A stretch of 64,000 nt of DNA from an uncultured Chlamydiae bacterium (GCA_963730605.1 CAVSSM010000002.1:288001-352000); one strand, 5' to 3'; positions 52,798 to 63,448 are shown, counted from the stretch's first letter. Translations and numbers: made by a program. The notes: generated by a model from the sequence alone, not told the origin.

Positions 52798-53955
52798 GGA
52801 GGCAAGGCAGGCGTCTTGCCGCGTCCATGTATTCAGTATGTTGACTATGTAAATTGGCAAAATAGCTCTTTTGAAAAAACTCCGACGGAAAACCAGACGA
52901 CTTGGTGGGTTGAAAAACTACAGGATGCGCCATTTTTTCTAAATTTATCTACCGACAAACAGAGACCACCAATCCAAACCCATAATGGAGCTTTACTTGA
53001 GTTCTTAATATTAGATCATTCCGATTTATCAGATTTAAAAAAATTGGCTCAGAAACATGAATTAACAGTTTTCATGGTTTTATTAGCTGTATTTCATGTG
53101 TTTTTATATCGCTATACTGGTCAAAACGACCTAATTATTGGTATTCCTGTTTCTGGCAGAAGTCACAATGATTTGAATTCTCTTATCGGATGCTTCATTA
53201 ATACATTGGCACTGCGAACTACCTCGAATAGTAAAGGTGCTTTTAGTGAATTTTTAAATTGGATAAGAAAAGAAACTTTCGAAGCATTTAAGAATCAAGA
53301 TGTTCCTTTTGAAAAAGTCATAGAAAAACTTAAAATTGAAAGATCCTTGAGCCATTCTCTCTTATTTCAAGTCATGTTCAATATGCTCCCTCAAATGGAA
53401 ATCAATAAGATTCAAGATCTGCAAGTAAGATTAAAAAATGTCGATCGGAAGATGGCTCATCTTGATCTAAGTTTATCTGTTCAAGAAAACGAAGAACGAC
53501 TTATTGGGATGTTCGAATACAATACAGACCTTTTTTTTAAAAGCACTATTAAGAGAATGGCTAAACATTTCCAGCGGATTCTAAAGGCCATTATTAGAAA
53601 TCCAGACGAGAAGATTTGCAAATTACCATTATTATCTCAATCTGAAATTCACAGACAGACTATTCAATGGAATGAGCAGCCTATTATTTATCATAAAAAT
53701 GAAAATATTATTCAACTAATTGAAAAATGGGTGGAATGTCTACCTGATGCAGTAGCCATTGTATGCAAGGATAAAAGCTACTCGTATCGTGAGATCAATA
53801 CCCAGGCTAACAAAATAGCTCATACCCTCATAAACTCCGGCATACAATCAGAAGATAGAATTGCTGTTTGCTTTGAGAGGTCGGCAGACTTCATTTCAAC
53901 AATTCTTGGGATCCTTAAGGCTGGAGGAGTTTATGTTCCTTTAGGGATTGTCTGA
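52798..53955 (+). pseudogene. Non-ribosomal peptide synthetase fragment (C-terminal half of a condensation domain plus the start of an adenylation domain)
   Basis: IQYVDY..WQ, IGCFINTLALR, QDVPFEKVI, EYNTDLF, SYREIN (A1), ILKAGGVYVPL (A2); cut at both ends by IS elements. Confidence 0.92.
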
Positions 53956-54990
53956 GGATAACTCGTACACTTTCATAGGGAAATACCGATTCTTACCATT
54001 GGAGAAATGGTATAATTCCAGTCACCCCGAAATTCATTGAAGGTGATCGCAATCTCTCGAAAATCTTCATCGCTAATCTCTCTGCCTTTTTCATACTCTC
54101 TGAAGTCGATTTGGGCTTGAATTTCTAGCCCTTTGGTCGTTTTTGTGCTACCGATTAACTGCACGATCGCCTCACGGGTGATCAGCGGCACCCCTCTCCA
54201 GTTCTGAGAAATATAGCTGAACATCTTGTGTTCGATTTTATTCCATTTACTTGTCGCTGGCGGGAAATGACATACATGAATTTCTAACCCCAATTCAGCA
54301 GTTCCCACTTCCAAAGCCTCACCCTATTGCCATTGCTGCCACCACAATCGGCAGTTATCATCAACTTGGAGGCATTTCGATAGTCTTTTTTTCCTATTTT
54401 TTGCCACCAACTACGAATCGTATTTACAGCAAATTCAGCAGTGTCGCTCGTAATTCCAACACTGACCCAGCCCTTATTTTTGCCAATATCATATACCCCA
54501 TACGGGGCCACTTTCCCCGCTTCTTTGTCGGAAAAATCATGAACATCGACCTTAACTGGCTCTCCTCGCTTGTGGTATTCTCTCCCGCCATTTTTGAAAT
54601 TCCCAACCAATTCTTTTTTCTTGGTGTCAACGGAAATCACAGGCTGTTTCTCTTGCAAGAATGCATTCGCCTGCTCATTGATGTGTTCAAATTGAGCGTT
54701 TCTGTCCGGCACGGATTTGCCTTCTTTGTCTTTCTTATTCAACTGCAAACTGTACCCGGCCTCCTCTAATAAATTGCCCACCGTAGAGCGACCTACTTCG
54801 TATCCCCGATTTTTGAGCTCTGCGGATAGTTTGCGTAAACTCTTACTGGTCCACCTCAAGGAAACCTCGGGATCTCCTTTGGTGAAAGCCTCAATCAATG
54901 TTTCCAGCACCGATAATATCCCAGGCATTTTGCTCGAAATGGGTTTTGCTCCACCACCTGAGGTGGACCCAATCGACTGGACAACTTTTT
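53944..54990 (-). mobile_element. ISAzo13-family transposase, frameshifted and 5'-truncated
   Basis: LRWTSKSLRKL, ISVDTKKKELVGN, ITADCGGSNG, HFPPATSKWNKIEH, DWNYTI. Boundaries are approximate. Confidence 0.88.
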
Positions 54991-55210
54991 AGGCTAAACT
55001 AGTTTGCCTCTACCGTTTCGTTTTCCTTCTTTGAGAAGGAACAACGGCTGCTGTCGGTTGAGCAGCCTATCAAAACAACAGATTTACTCACAACTGTTTT
55101 TTAATACACACTCCTTTGCTCTTTGTTCAGAGCTACACATATCTTCAGATCCGCAGGTAAACAGAAGCACGGGGGAACCCCCGTGCGCGCGCGCGGGCGC
55201 GACCCGGTGT

Positions 55211-55675
55211 TCATTGTGCATAGTGCACCTCGTGAGGTGTTTTGTAGCCGAGCGCCTGGTGTGGTCTCTTGGTGTTGTAGTACTGAAAATAGCTGGCAAG
55301 GCCGATCCTTGCTTCAGGCACGCTTTGGTAGTCTTGCAAATACACGTTCTCATACTTCACCGATCTCCATAGCCGTTCCACGAACACGTTGTCCAAGGCG
55401 CGGCCTCGGCCGTCCATGCTGAAGCGAATATCGCGGCCAATCACCGCCTGAACGAACTCTTTCGAGGTAAATTACACGCCTTGGTCGGTATTGAAGATTT
55501 TGGGCCTCCCGTGCTGTTCTATCGCTTCTTCGAGGGCATCCAGGCAAAAGCTCGTCTCCAAGCTGTTGGAGAGGCGATAGGATAGCACCAGGCGGCTGAA
55601 CCAGTCGATTACAGCGACGAGGTACACAAACCCGTTTGGCAGCCGAATATACGTGATATCCGTGCTCCAGGCAAT
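55211..55675 (-). mobile_element. IS3-family integrase-core fragment
   Basis: WSTDITYI, LVAVIDWFSR, FNTDQG (followed by an in-frame stop), MDGRGRALDNVFVERLWRSVKYE, YNTKRPHQALGY.TP. Confidence 0.88.
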
Positions 55676-55713
55676 CAACGGCGCCATCAACACCAAGCCG
55701 CACCCGGAGCACA

Positions 55714-55875
55714 TCAAATTTCCCTACCTGCTGGGGCGTCTTTAACGAGGATGCCCCAATTCGCATGCTGGTATTTCTTTTGCCGCATGATGTTTTCGAC
55801 CTTAGGAGGAAGCGGGAGCGAATAGATAGCTGTAAAGCAAGAGAGGATAAGAAGAAGGGATATAGGGTTAGACAT
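55714..55875 (-). pseudogene. Probable N-terminal fragment of dacB
   Basis: Signal-peptide-like start followed by IMRQKKYQHANWGILVKD, typical of peptidase S13 N-termini. Confidence 0.55.
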
Positions 55876-55886
55876 CGATAGACCTT

Positions 55887-56651
55887 TTAGAAATTTTCGT
55901 GGGTGTAGGAGCCGCGGGCGTAAATGAGCCGCTCCCATCCCCGGTTTTTCATCGCGGAAAACGCCCGCTTTTCCCAAACATCGCCCCGGGGAAAATGGCT
56001 GCTGTCAGGGCGGATCTCCCCGTAGATCGGCTGCCTGAAATCGCTCGTCTTGACGAGGAACATCTGATCGGAAAAGCCCTCTTTGGCGAGATAAAAATTC
56101 CATTCCCTCTTATAAGACTCTTTGCGCGCCTCATGAACCCGACCATTCCAAACGAGGTTTGCCACTTTAAGGAAAGCCGATTTCTCCATGCGCCGTATCG
56201 ATTGACCGATCCAATCGACCTTTTTATCGAGTTTAACGTCGCCTGTCAAGTAAAGCAAGTACTCGGACCTTGCGGCATAGAGAGCGGAGAGCGGCCCCAA
56301 AGCGTTGTAATAGATCCAGTCGGGGTTGACGCCAATATAGTTGGGAGCGTCAGGCCCGACCCGGAAATCGGCCCGCTCAAGCTGGAAGAAAGAGAGAGCT
56401 GTGGGCGCGATTTCATCGGAGAGGCAATACCCTGTCAGGGTGCCATCTGCCACTTTAGCCTCCGCCGCCGCCCGGACGGCGGACGGATCCGATACGTTAT
56501 TGATCACGAGGAGCCTTTCTGAAAACGGGAAGGAGTGGTTGCCGATCTGCCGCACTCGCAGGTAATCGGGATCAAGGAGAACATGACGCCAGTCCTTATC
56601 CCAGACAGAGGTTGCGAAGGTAACCGATGGAAGTACCGATCTTCTAAACAT
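55887..56651 (-). CDS. Hypothetical protein, possibly GT-A-like
   Basis: Backbone-like composition; EYLLYLTGD and GFSDQMFL segments. Start taken at MFRRSVL (56651). Confidence 0.6.
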   Translation of the reverse strand: MFRRSVLPSVTFATSVWDKDWRHVLLDPDYLRVRQIGNHSFPFSERLLVINNVSDPSAVRAAAEAKVADGTLTGYCLSDEIAPTALSFFQLERADFRVGPDAPNYIGVNPDWIYYNALGPLSALYAARSEYLLYLTGDVKLDKKVDWIGQSIRRMEKSAFLKVANLVWNGRVHEARKESYKREWNFYLAKEGFSDQMFLVKTSDFRQPIYGEIRPDSSHFPRGDVWEKRAFSAMKNRGWERLIYARGSYTHENF

Positions 56652-56988
56652 ACTATGAATGTACCACCACACGCAGAACTGACGTATTAAAATAGTAGGA
56701 CCAGAGAGACGGTCCAAAAAATCGTTGGATCTAAGCTGCTCTGCATTCCCTCCAATAATCTCGCCAATATCCATTCGCTCGTGCTGTTCGCAGATGAGAC
56801 TCCTTCCCAATCCCAACAAAGCGAGGATGCAGGGAAAAAAGAAATGATCGATACCCATATGGCCCAATAAATTAATTACATCTTTCAAAACAAAATAAAT
56901 GAATAAAATGTTTAATTTGATCATATTCACAATTAGTTGATTATTTGTCTCACAAATCATATAATGACTCTATTTAAAGGATGCTGCA

Positions 56989-57238
56989 ATGGTTTATATA
57001 CGAGCTCAAGAAGGTCCAGCAAACATTGGCGAAAGCAAACCAACCGTCCAATATTTTGATGAACAAGGAAATATGATCATCAGGAGCGGCGGAACTTGGG
57101 CTTGGAGAAATAATAAACCCAGGCAATATGGTTGCCAATCATTACACCATGGGAGCGGAACGTTCATCAAAAGCTATCGGAAAAGCAGGAGGTTTTGCAA
57201 TATATTCTGATTACAAAACTGGTCATCAAGCTTTGGTT
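56989..57238 (+). pseudogene. RNNNPGN-motif-like (lysozyme-like) gene, frameshifted and interrupted by IS5
   Basis: GGTWAWRNN-(frameshift)-PGNM...GGFAIYSDYKTGHQALV; the frame resumes as EALVS after the IS. Confidence 0.5.
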
Positions 57239-58153
57239 GAGCCTATCCCTCCTTGTTAAATAAATTCTTTATGTGATACCGTATTTGCCCTGATTTTAAA
57301 GGAGTTGTATCGATGGGCAAGTTCGTAGGACTTAACGATCATGAATGGGCTGTTATAGAACCGTTGATTCCTTATCCGTGGGGAATAGCAGTAAGCGGAA
57401 CGCAACCAATGCATCCAAGAAAAGTTCTCAATACCTTGATTTGGGTGCTGACAACCGGAGCGCGTTGGTGCGACGTGCCGACCGGTGAACAATGGGCGTC
57501 GAAATCTTGTGCACATCGATATCTGGGATTGTGGAAAGAGAATGGAATTCTAGAGCGCGTACTCGCTGCATTGCAGGAAGTTTGTCTGGAGTGGAAAATG
57601 ATCGATTTAACCCGATTGGCAATTGATGGTTTTTTTTCTGCTGGGAAGGGAGGCGGAGAAAAAGTAGACCATGGTTACAAAGGAAAAGGCGTTACCACTC
57701 ACCTGCTTGTCGACGGTTTAGGTCAACCTCTTAGGACCACAAGTACGGGGGCTGCCGGTGATGAACGAAAGGAGGTGATTCCCCTGATAAAAAAAAATCA
57801 GCGGGTGGCTAAAGCCTCTCGTAGCACGCGGAATAACACCGATCGTGGAAGCAGATAAGGGGTATGATGCGGAAGAATTGCGGTTGCAAATTTTGGCGAT
57901 GAAGTTATTTCCGTATATCCCTCACCGAAGAATGGGACGGGACAACGCGGAACAACAAACGAAAGTCCTAGAAAACCACCGATGGAAAGTGGAGCGAGGA
58001 ATCTCGTGGTTACAACGAAAATACCGACGATTGGTTGTGCGATGGGAAAGAAGAATGAGATATTGGGAAGGTTTTTTGATGCTCGGCGTATTACTTTACT
58101 GGGTGAGAGAATGTGTTTTGTTTGGATTAGGTTAATGAGTAGGGGATAGGCTC
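57239..58153 (+). mobile_element. IS5-family element (915 bp); transposase split into 57313..57858 and 57845..58135
   Basis: TIR GAGCCTATCCC, TT duplication; TGARWCDVP, AIDG, ADKGYD, RWKVER. Frame break at an A9 run near 57790. Confidence 0.92.
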
Positions 58154-58180
58154 TTGAAGCTCTGGTCAGCAATAGTGCTT

Positions 58181-60046
58181 TCATAATTTTTTAGTTCTAT
58201 AGGCCTGTTGAGGGTGTGCTGGATTATCAGGAAATACTAATTCTAACTCTCCCAATTCAACCATAGGAGTTAAGTAATAATCGCGCACATAGCGATGATT
58301 TCTTTTTAAAAGAAGAGCTATTTCACTAGGTTTGAAAGGACGTGATAAACAGAGGTTTTTAATTACCTCTTTGACTTTATCGGGAGGCGTTCTTATGCCG
58401 ATTTTTCGAACCATTTCTGTTAAGTCATAACTTAGCTCGGACAAGGGTCTTATATGGGGAGTTAACCCCTCAGATAACGGGCTTGTATGAGGGGTTAACC
58501 CCTCAGATAACGGGCTTGTATGAGGGGTTTCGAGTATTGTCCCCGGGGCTAATAACCGATTAGTGGGAACATAGAAGGTGGTATTTCCCCGCCCTTTTTG
58601 GTCCAGTAATCCAAGATCTCTCAGTCGTCTTAAATGACTGCTTGCGGCTAAAGTATCGACACCGTTGATAGTCCTACATTCGGCGTTGGAGATAGAGCCT
58701 TTTTCTCTAACAACAATTAGAGTCCTCGCCTCTTCATCGTTTAGGTTGTGTTCTTTGAATGATCGGAGCCATTCAATATCTCGCTTGTCAAAAAGATGGT
58801 GGGGAAGCAGAGTTAATACAAACAAATTGCTGGAACGATCCGACTGAATCAAGGGAACTGACAGATTTGCCTTTTTCATCTCATCGCGCATTGTTCCAAT
58901 ACCCGTTCCTTTTCCTTCAGCATAATGAATATCGCGAAATACTTGGGCGAGAATGGGATTTCTCGTCATTGACCCAGGAAGCCCTAACTCTTCTTGCGGT
59001 TTTAGAGAATAGCCAACATTGCGAAATTCCGTGCGATTCGCATATTTAATGATTTGTGTAGGGCTGATCACTCGATAGTCTTTGTGCATCAAAGCATTGA
59101 CTACACATTCTCGAATGACTTTTCGGGGAATGATGGGGTTGTCTTTTCTTCTGATTTCGTCATCTTCTAGAGCAAAAACCTGAGGAATATCCATCATAAT
59201 CTGACTGATGAGGCGAGGAATACCAGTAACCAGGGCTTCGGCCATTTCAAAAGCTGTATAACGCTTCTCCGAATCGGTAATCCATTCTCTCCCCTCGACA
59301 AGCATATAGTCTACTTGGGTCATCAAAGGAAATAGCCGTCTGAGCGACATTTGTTTCCCAAAGAGAAGAATCCCTCCTATTGTGGGTAGGGAAGCGCCCT
59401 TTTCTGTTTCAATCGCACGCACAGCTTTCAATAAATCTTCATCACTATAACGAAGCTCTGTTGCATCTGCTTTGACTTTGGTTCTTTCATAACGGTACCA
59501 TTTAATAGCTTCAGGCTCAAAATCTTCAAAGGAGGCGTTTCCGACGAGAGTCTCATCGTATTTCCTCTTTGAACGAAGTTGGAAAAGCAGATCTAAGTCT
59601 TCTCGGGTGCATAACTGATCCGAAGAACCAATCCGTCGATAGGTGCCCGCATCCAATCCTTGTTTTTTGATATAGACTGGTTTGTCATGACTCATGGCTT
59701 CTTCAACGTAGACTAATAGGATAGCACCCTGAGCATGAGGAATTGTTTTAATGATCGGCCGAATGGGAATGCTGAATAATTCACGACATTGGGAAGCGAT
59801 ATCTAATTGAAGCTGATCTGGATCAGGGACGCCAGTCATATTGTATTTCGGTTCATCATTGTCTTCATTCCTTGAGATCCCGAGTAAGATATAGCCTCCA
59901 CCGAGGCCGGGTTCATTGCTGAAAGAAGAAACCGTTTGACGAAAGCTTTTATCGACTCCATTCGCCGCCGATTTCGCCTCAATGCGATCGGTCTCATCAG
60001 CATCTTGCAGCAAGCTGAAGAGTTCGTTAAAACTCATTACATCCAC
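58181..60046 (-). CDS. AlbA_2/Schlafen-like domain + HATPase_c_4 + HTH protein (often annotated 'ATP-dependent DNA helicase RecG-like')
   Basis: ETDRIEAK, SFSNEPGLGGGYILLGI, RECVVNALMHKDY, RNPILA..F....EGKGTGI, and a C-terminal P.HPQQAY. Confidence 0.85.
   Translation of the reverse strand: MDVMSFNELFSLLQDADETDRIEAKSAANGVDKSFRQTVSSFSNEPGLGGGYILLGISRNEDNDEPKYNMTGVPDPDQLQLDIASQCRELFSIPIRPIIKTIPHAQGAILLVYVEEAMSHDKPVYIKKQGLDAGTYRRIGSSDQLCTREDLDLLFQLRSKRKYDETLVGNASFEDFEPEAIKWYRYERTKVKADATELRYSDEDLLKAVRAIETEKGASLPTIGGILLFGKQMSLRRLFPLMTQVDYMLVEGREWITDSEKRYTAFEMAEALVTGIPRLISQIMMDIPQVFALEDDEIRRKDNPIIPRKVIRECVVNALMHKDYRVISPTQIIKYANRTEFRNVGYSLKPQEELGLPGSMTRNPILAQVFRDIHYAEGKGTGIGTMRDEMKKANLSVPLIQSDRSSNLFVLTLLPHHLFDKRDIEWLRSFKEHNLNDEEARTLIVVREKGSISNAECRTINGVDTLAASSHLRRLRDLGLLDQKGRGNTTFYVPTNRLLAPGTILETPHTSPLSEGLTPHTSPLSEGLTPHIRPLSELSYDLTEMVRKIGIRTPPDKVKEVIKNLCLSRPFKPSEIALLLKRNHRYVRDYYLTPMVELGELELVFPDNPAHPQQAYRTKKL
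58428..58526 (-). repeat. Coding tandem repeat, 33 bp (PHTSPLSEGLT) x2 plus one degenerate copy
   Basis: Identical units at 58461..58493 and 58494..58526. Confidence 0.9.
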
Positions 60047-60383
60047 TTTAGGCTCCCTGGGGAGATGCGATATTGTCGCCGCGCTAACTACTTGCGTTTA
60101 TGGCGCAAATTCCCTATGAGTCACAAACATCACAAGTGTCGCAGCATCTTATCATATGAAGCTGAAAAAAACCAAAAATATGTTTACGCCAGTTTCATTT
60201 GGTTTAGTTCGTAAAATTTGCGTAAATGAACATGGAATTTTGAGTTCATTTGTCTATAGAAAATTGAGAAAGAATCGCCCGTGTTCAATTCTCTCCTGCG
60301 ATGCGACGCGAAAGCGAAGCTGAAGCGCTCATCGAAGCCGGTGCCCGCTGAGACACAGCAGAATCGCGGCACAGGCGTGAAGA

Positions 60384-60433
60384 CTGCGGAATCACAAAAA
60401 AAAGCGGGTTCGCTCTTTTTTGTTGCGGAGCAG
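60384..60433. repeat. Dispersed structured palindrome, copy D
   Basis: ctgc-ggaat-cacaaaaaaaagcg-ggtt-cgctcttttttgttg-cgga-gcag. Confidence 0.75.
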
Positions 60434-60662
60434 TGCTTTGCACGGCGAACGGCGAGCACGCGATAGGGTAAGCATTGAGCGAACCCGGTCTGTAAAGTCT
60501 CAATAGGGCCACTGGGCGTGCGGGAGCGTAGCGGAAAGGGGCCCCCGAACGTCTCGTTTGGGGAAAGTCCGCTTTGCCCCCCGACCGTCTATTCTTCTTT
60601 ATGTTTTTAAACGGAGTCGAATTTGCCATTTTTTTGGTTAAGAGATTAGAATAGCTTCCTCC

Positions 60663-63212
60663 ATGAACCAGAACACGCCTCCGACTCCCATGATGGCGCA
60701 ATGGCAGGCATGCAAAGCCGAGGCCAAAGACGCGCTCCTTTTTTTCCGCCTCGGCGATTTCTATGAGGCCTTCTATGAAGATGCCCAGGTGATTGCGAAG
60801 GAGATCAACCTCACCCTGACATCCCGTCAAGAGATTCCTATGTGCGGCGTCCCGTTCCACACCTCCGAAGCTTATATCGACAAATTGATCGCTAAGGGAT
60901 ACAAAATCGCAATCGCAGAACAGATGGAAGATCCTAAGCAAGCAAAAGGGATCATCAAGAGAAAAATCACCCGGATCATAACACCCGGCACCATCGTCTC
61001 TTCCCAACTTTTATCCGATAAGCGGAACAACTTCTTCGCAAGCCTTACGATAGTGGAGGAAACCTTAGGTTTGAGTTATCTCGACCTTTCGACCGGAGAG
61101 TTCACTGCGATCGAGTTTATCGAAGAGACTCTTCTTCTCGATGAACTCCACCGCCTCCGGCCTTCTGAATTTTTGGCCTCGAAGAACTTCGTCGCCGCTC
61201 ATCCTCGCTTCTTCGAAGAGCTGTCCCATGCCTTCCCCTTCCTACTGAATCAAAAAGAAGACCCGCGCTTGCCTTTAGAGACCCTCTCTTTGCATTTCGA
61301 TGTGCCCAATCTGGAAGGTTTTGGGTTGAAAGCAAGATCTGCGGCGGTATCGGCTGCAGGAATGCTGATTCTCCATCTCAAAGAAGACCTCAACCTCAGC
61401 CTCGAGCAGGTCAGGACGATCCAAACAGAGAGGCATTCGGAGTTCATGGCGATCGACCGGATGACGCTCCGCCATCTCGAATTGACCGAATCGGCAGGAG
61501 GCGGGAAAAATACGCTGCTCGATTTCTTGGACGAAACTTCCACTCCGATGGGGGGCCGGTTGCTCTCTTCCTGGCTCAAACGGCCGCTTCTTTCTTGCTC
61601 TGAAATCGTTCGGCGTCAAAACGGAGTCGCCGCGTTTCTCCTTTCATCCGAAAAAGCAGAAGAGATCCGTCTAACACTATCGCAAGTGCGGGACGTCGAG
61701 AGGCTCATGATGAAGATCGTGGCCAGGATGGCAAATCCCCGCGATCTCTATGCGCTTGGGCTCTCCCTTTCCCATCTGCCTCGTTTGAAAGAAACCCTTC
61801 TTGGATTTGAGTCTTCCGAGATCAAAGTGGAGGCCCAGGCCATTTTCGATGCCAACTCGCTTGCCCAAAAAATCCTTTCCGCCATGAAGGATTCTCCTCC
61901 GCTTCGCATCGGCGAAGGGGAGATTTTCCAAGATGGGTTTCATCCTGAGCTCGACCGGTTGAGAGGGCTTTCGAAAGAATCGTTCAGTTGGATGGCCCGC
62001 TATCAAACCACCTTGCGGGAAGAGACCGGGATCAAAACCCTCAAAGTGGGATTTACAAGAGCTTTTGGCTACTATATCGAAGTGAGCCGCGCCTCCAGCG
62101 AAAAAGTCCCACCCTCCTTCCAACGCCGTCAGACGCTTGTGAACGGAGAGAGATTCGTCACAGAAGAATTGAAAAGGTTCGAACATCAGGTGCTGACCGC
62201 TGAAGAGCGCGCTGTAGCTTTGGAGGCGGAAGAGTTCGAGCGCCTCCGCTCCGATGTGGCCAAAGAGTCTGCCTCCATCTCAGCTGCTTCAAAGGCCATC
62301 GCCCGGATCGATGTCCTTCTCTCGCTTGCCCGAGTGGCAATTACGCATCGTTTCGTCCGCCCCGCGGTCGACACGTCCGACCTTCTCGAGATCAAAGAAG
62401 GGCGCCACCCCATTGTCGAGCGGGCTATCGGCGCCTCTTCCTACATCCCGAACGATACTTGGCTTAAGCGTGAAAAGCAGATGATGCTCATCACCGGGCC
62501 GAATATGGCCGGTAAGTCGACCTACATCCGCCAAGTTGCGATCATTGCAATTCTCGCTCAAATGGGTTCCTACGTTCCCGCAGCAGGCGCTCATATCGGT
62601 CTTATCGACAAAGTCTTTTCCCGGATCGGGGCGAGCGACGACCTTTCGCGGGGCCAGTCGACCTTTATGGTCGAGATGAGCGAGACAGCGAACATCCTCA
62701 ACAACGCCACCTCTCGTTCTCTTGTCCTCCTTGATGAGATCGGTCGCGGGACCAGCACCTACGACGGGATTTCGATCGCATGGGCGGTCGCTGAATTTCT
62801 CCTCACCACACCAAGAGCTCAAGCAAAAACGCTCTTTGCGACCCATTACTGGGAACTGACGCAATTAGAAGCCGAATTTCCGCATGCGATGAATTTCCAA
62901 ACCGCTGTGCAAGAGGTCCCTTCGGGCATCGTTTTCTTAAGGAAAATCATTAAAGGGGGCACGGATAAAAGCTACGGCATCCATGTGGCCAAGCTGGCAG
63001 GCCTTCCGAAAAAGGCGATCGCCCGCGCCGAGGAGATGCTGCAGAAGCTCGAAGCGAGATCCCCTCGCAAGATAAAAACCGATGAGCAGCTTTTCCTCTT
63101 CAAGCCGCCCGAAGATCCAATGATGGCCGAGCTCAAGTCGCTCGATTTGAACCAGGTTTCTCCCTTCCAGGCCCTCCAAAAACTCATGGAGTGGCAAGGG
63201 CGTTTGTCTTGA
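60663..63212 (+). CDS. mutS: DNA mismatch repair protein MutS
   Basis: TPMMAQW, FFRLGDFYEAF, PMCGVP, GRHPIVE, ITGPNMAGKSTY, STFMVEM, LDEIGRGTS, FATHY. Confidence 0.98.
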   Translation: MNQNTPPTPMMAQWQACKAEAKDALLFFRLGDFYEAFYEDAQVIAKEINLTLTSRQEIPMCGVPFHTSEAYIDKLIAKGYKIAIAEQMEDPKQAKGIIKRKITRIITPGTIVSSQLLSDKRNNFFASLTIVEETLGLSYLDLSTGEFTAIEFIEETLLLDELHRLRPSEFLASKNFVAAHPRFFEELSHAFPFLLNQKEDPRLPLETLSLHFDVPNLEGFGLKARSAAVSAAGMLILHLKEDLNLSLEQVRTIQTERHSEFMAIDRMTLRHLELTESAGGGKNTLLDFLDETSTPMGGRLLSSWLKRPLLSCSEIVRRQNGVAAFLLSSEKAEEIRLTLSQVRDVERLMMKIVARMANPRDLYALGLSLSHLPRLKETLLGFESSEIKVEAQAIFDANSLAQKILSAMKDSPPLRIGEGEIFQDGFHPELDRLRGLSKESFSWMARYQTTLREETGIKTLKVGFTRAFGYYIEVSRASSEKVPPSFQRRQTLVNGERFVTEELKRFEHQVLTAEERAVALEAEEFERLRSDVAKESASISAASKAIARIDVLLSLARVAITHRFVRPAVDTSDLLEIKEGRHPIVERAIGASSYIPNDTWLKREKQMMLITGPNMAGKSTYIRQVAIIAILAQMGSYVPAAGAHIGLIDKVFSRIGASDDLSRGQSTFMVEMSETANILNNATSRSLVLLDEIGRGTSTYDGISIAWAVAEFLLTTPRAQAKTLFATHYWELTQLEAEFPHAMNFQTAVQEVPSGIVFLRKIIKGGTDKSYGIHVAKLAGLPKKAIARAEEMLQKLEARSPRKIKTDEQLFLFKPPEDPMMAELKSLDLNQVSPFQALQKLMEWQGRLS

Positions 63213-63448
63213 CGATCGCAGCTCTGTCAATAGACCAGCGCGGCCGAGCCAGGTTATCCCGATATTTTTGAGCTTCTGTGCGGCACCTGCTTTGACTCTC
63301 CAATCTCTTTAAATCCGAACGCTCTTTATTCATTGAAATCTAATAACTTACGATTAAATAAAAAAGAATGCGCAAAAATCAAATAAAATATTTAATTAAA
63401 TTAAATATTTAGTTATAATATTTTTATAAAAACAAAAAAGAGATACTT

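Noticed and set aside
55040..55210. Hairpins and a gcgcgcgcg run as a separate ncRNA
   Set aside because: They lie directly downstream of the IS3 fragment's stop and are most simply part of that element's end region.
56652..56960. 103-aa N-terminal extension of ORF 55887..56960
   Set aside because: It runs into AT-rich intergenic sequence with a different composition; the start at 56651 is more plausible.
57785..57800. Programmed -1 frameshift in the IS5 transposase
   Set aside because: Joining the ORFs needs removal of one A from the A9 run (a +1 shift), which fits a homopolymer error or slippage better. It cannot be settled without reads.
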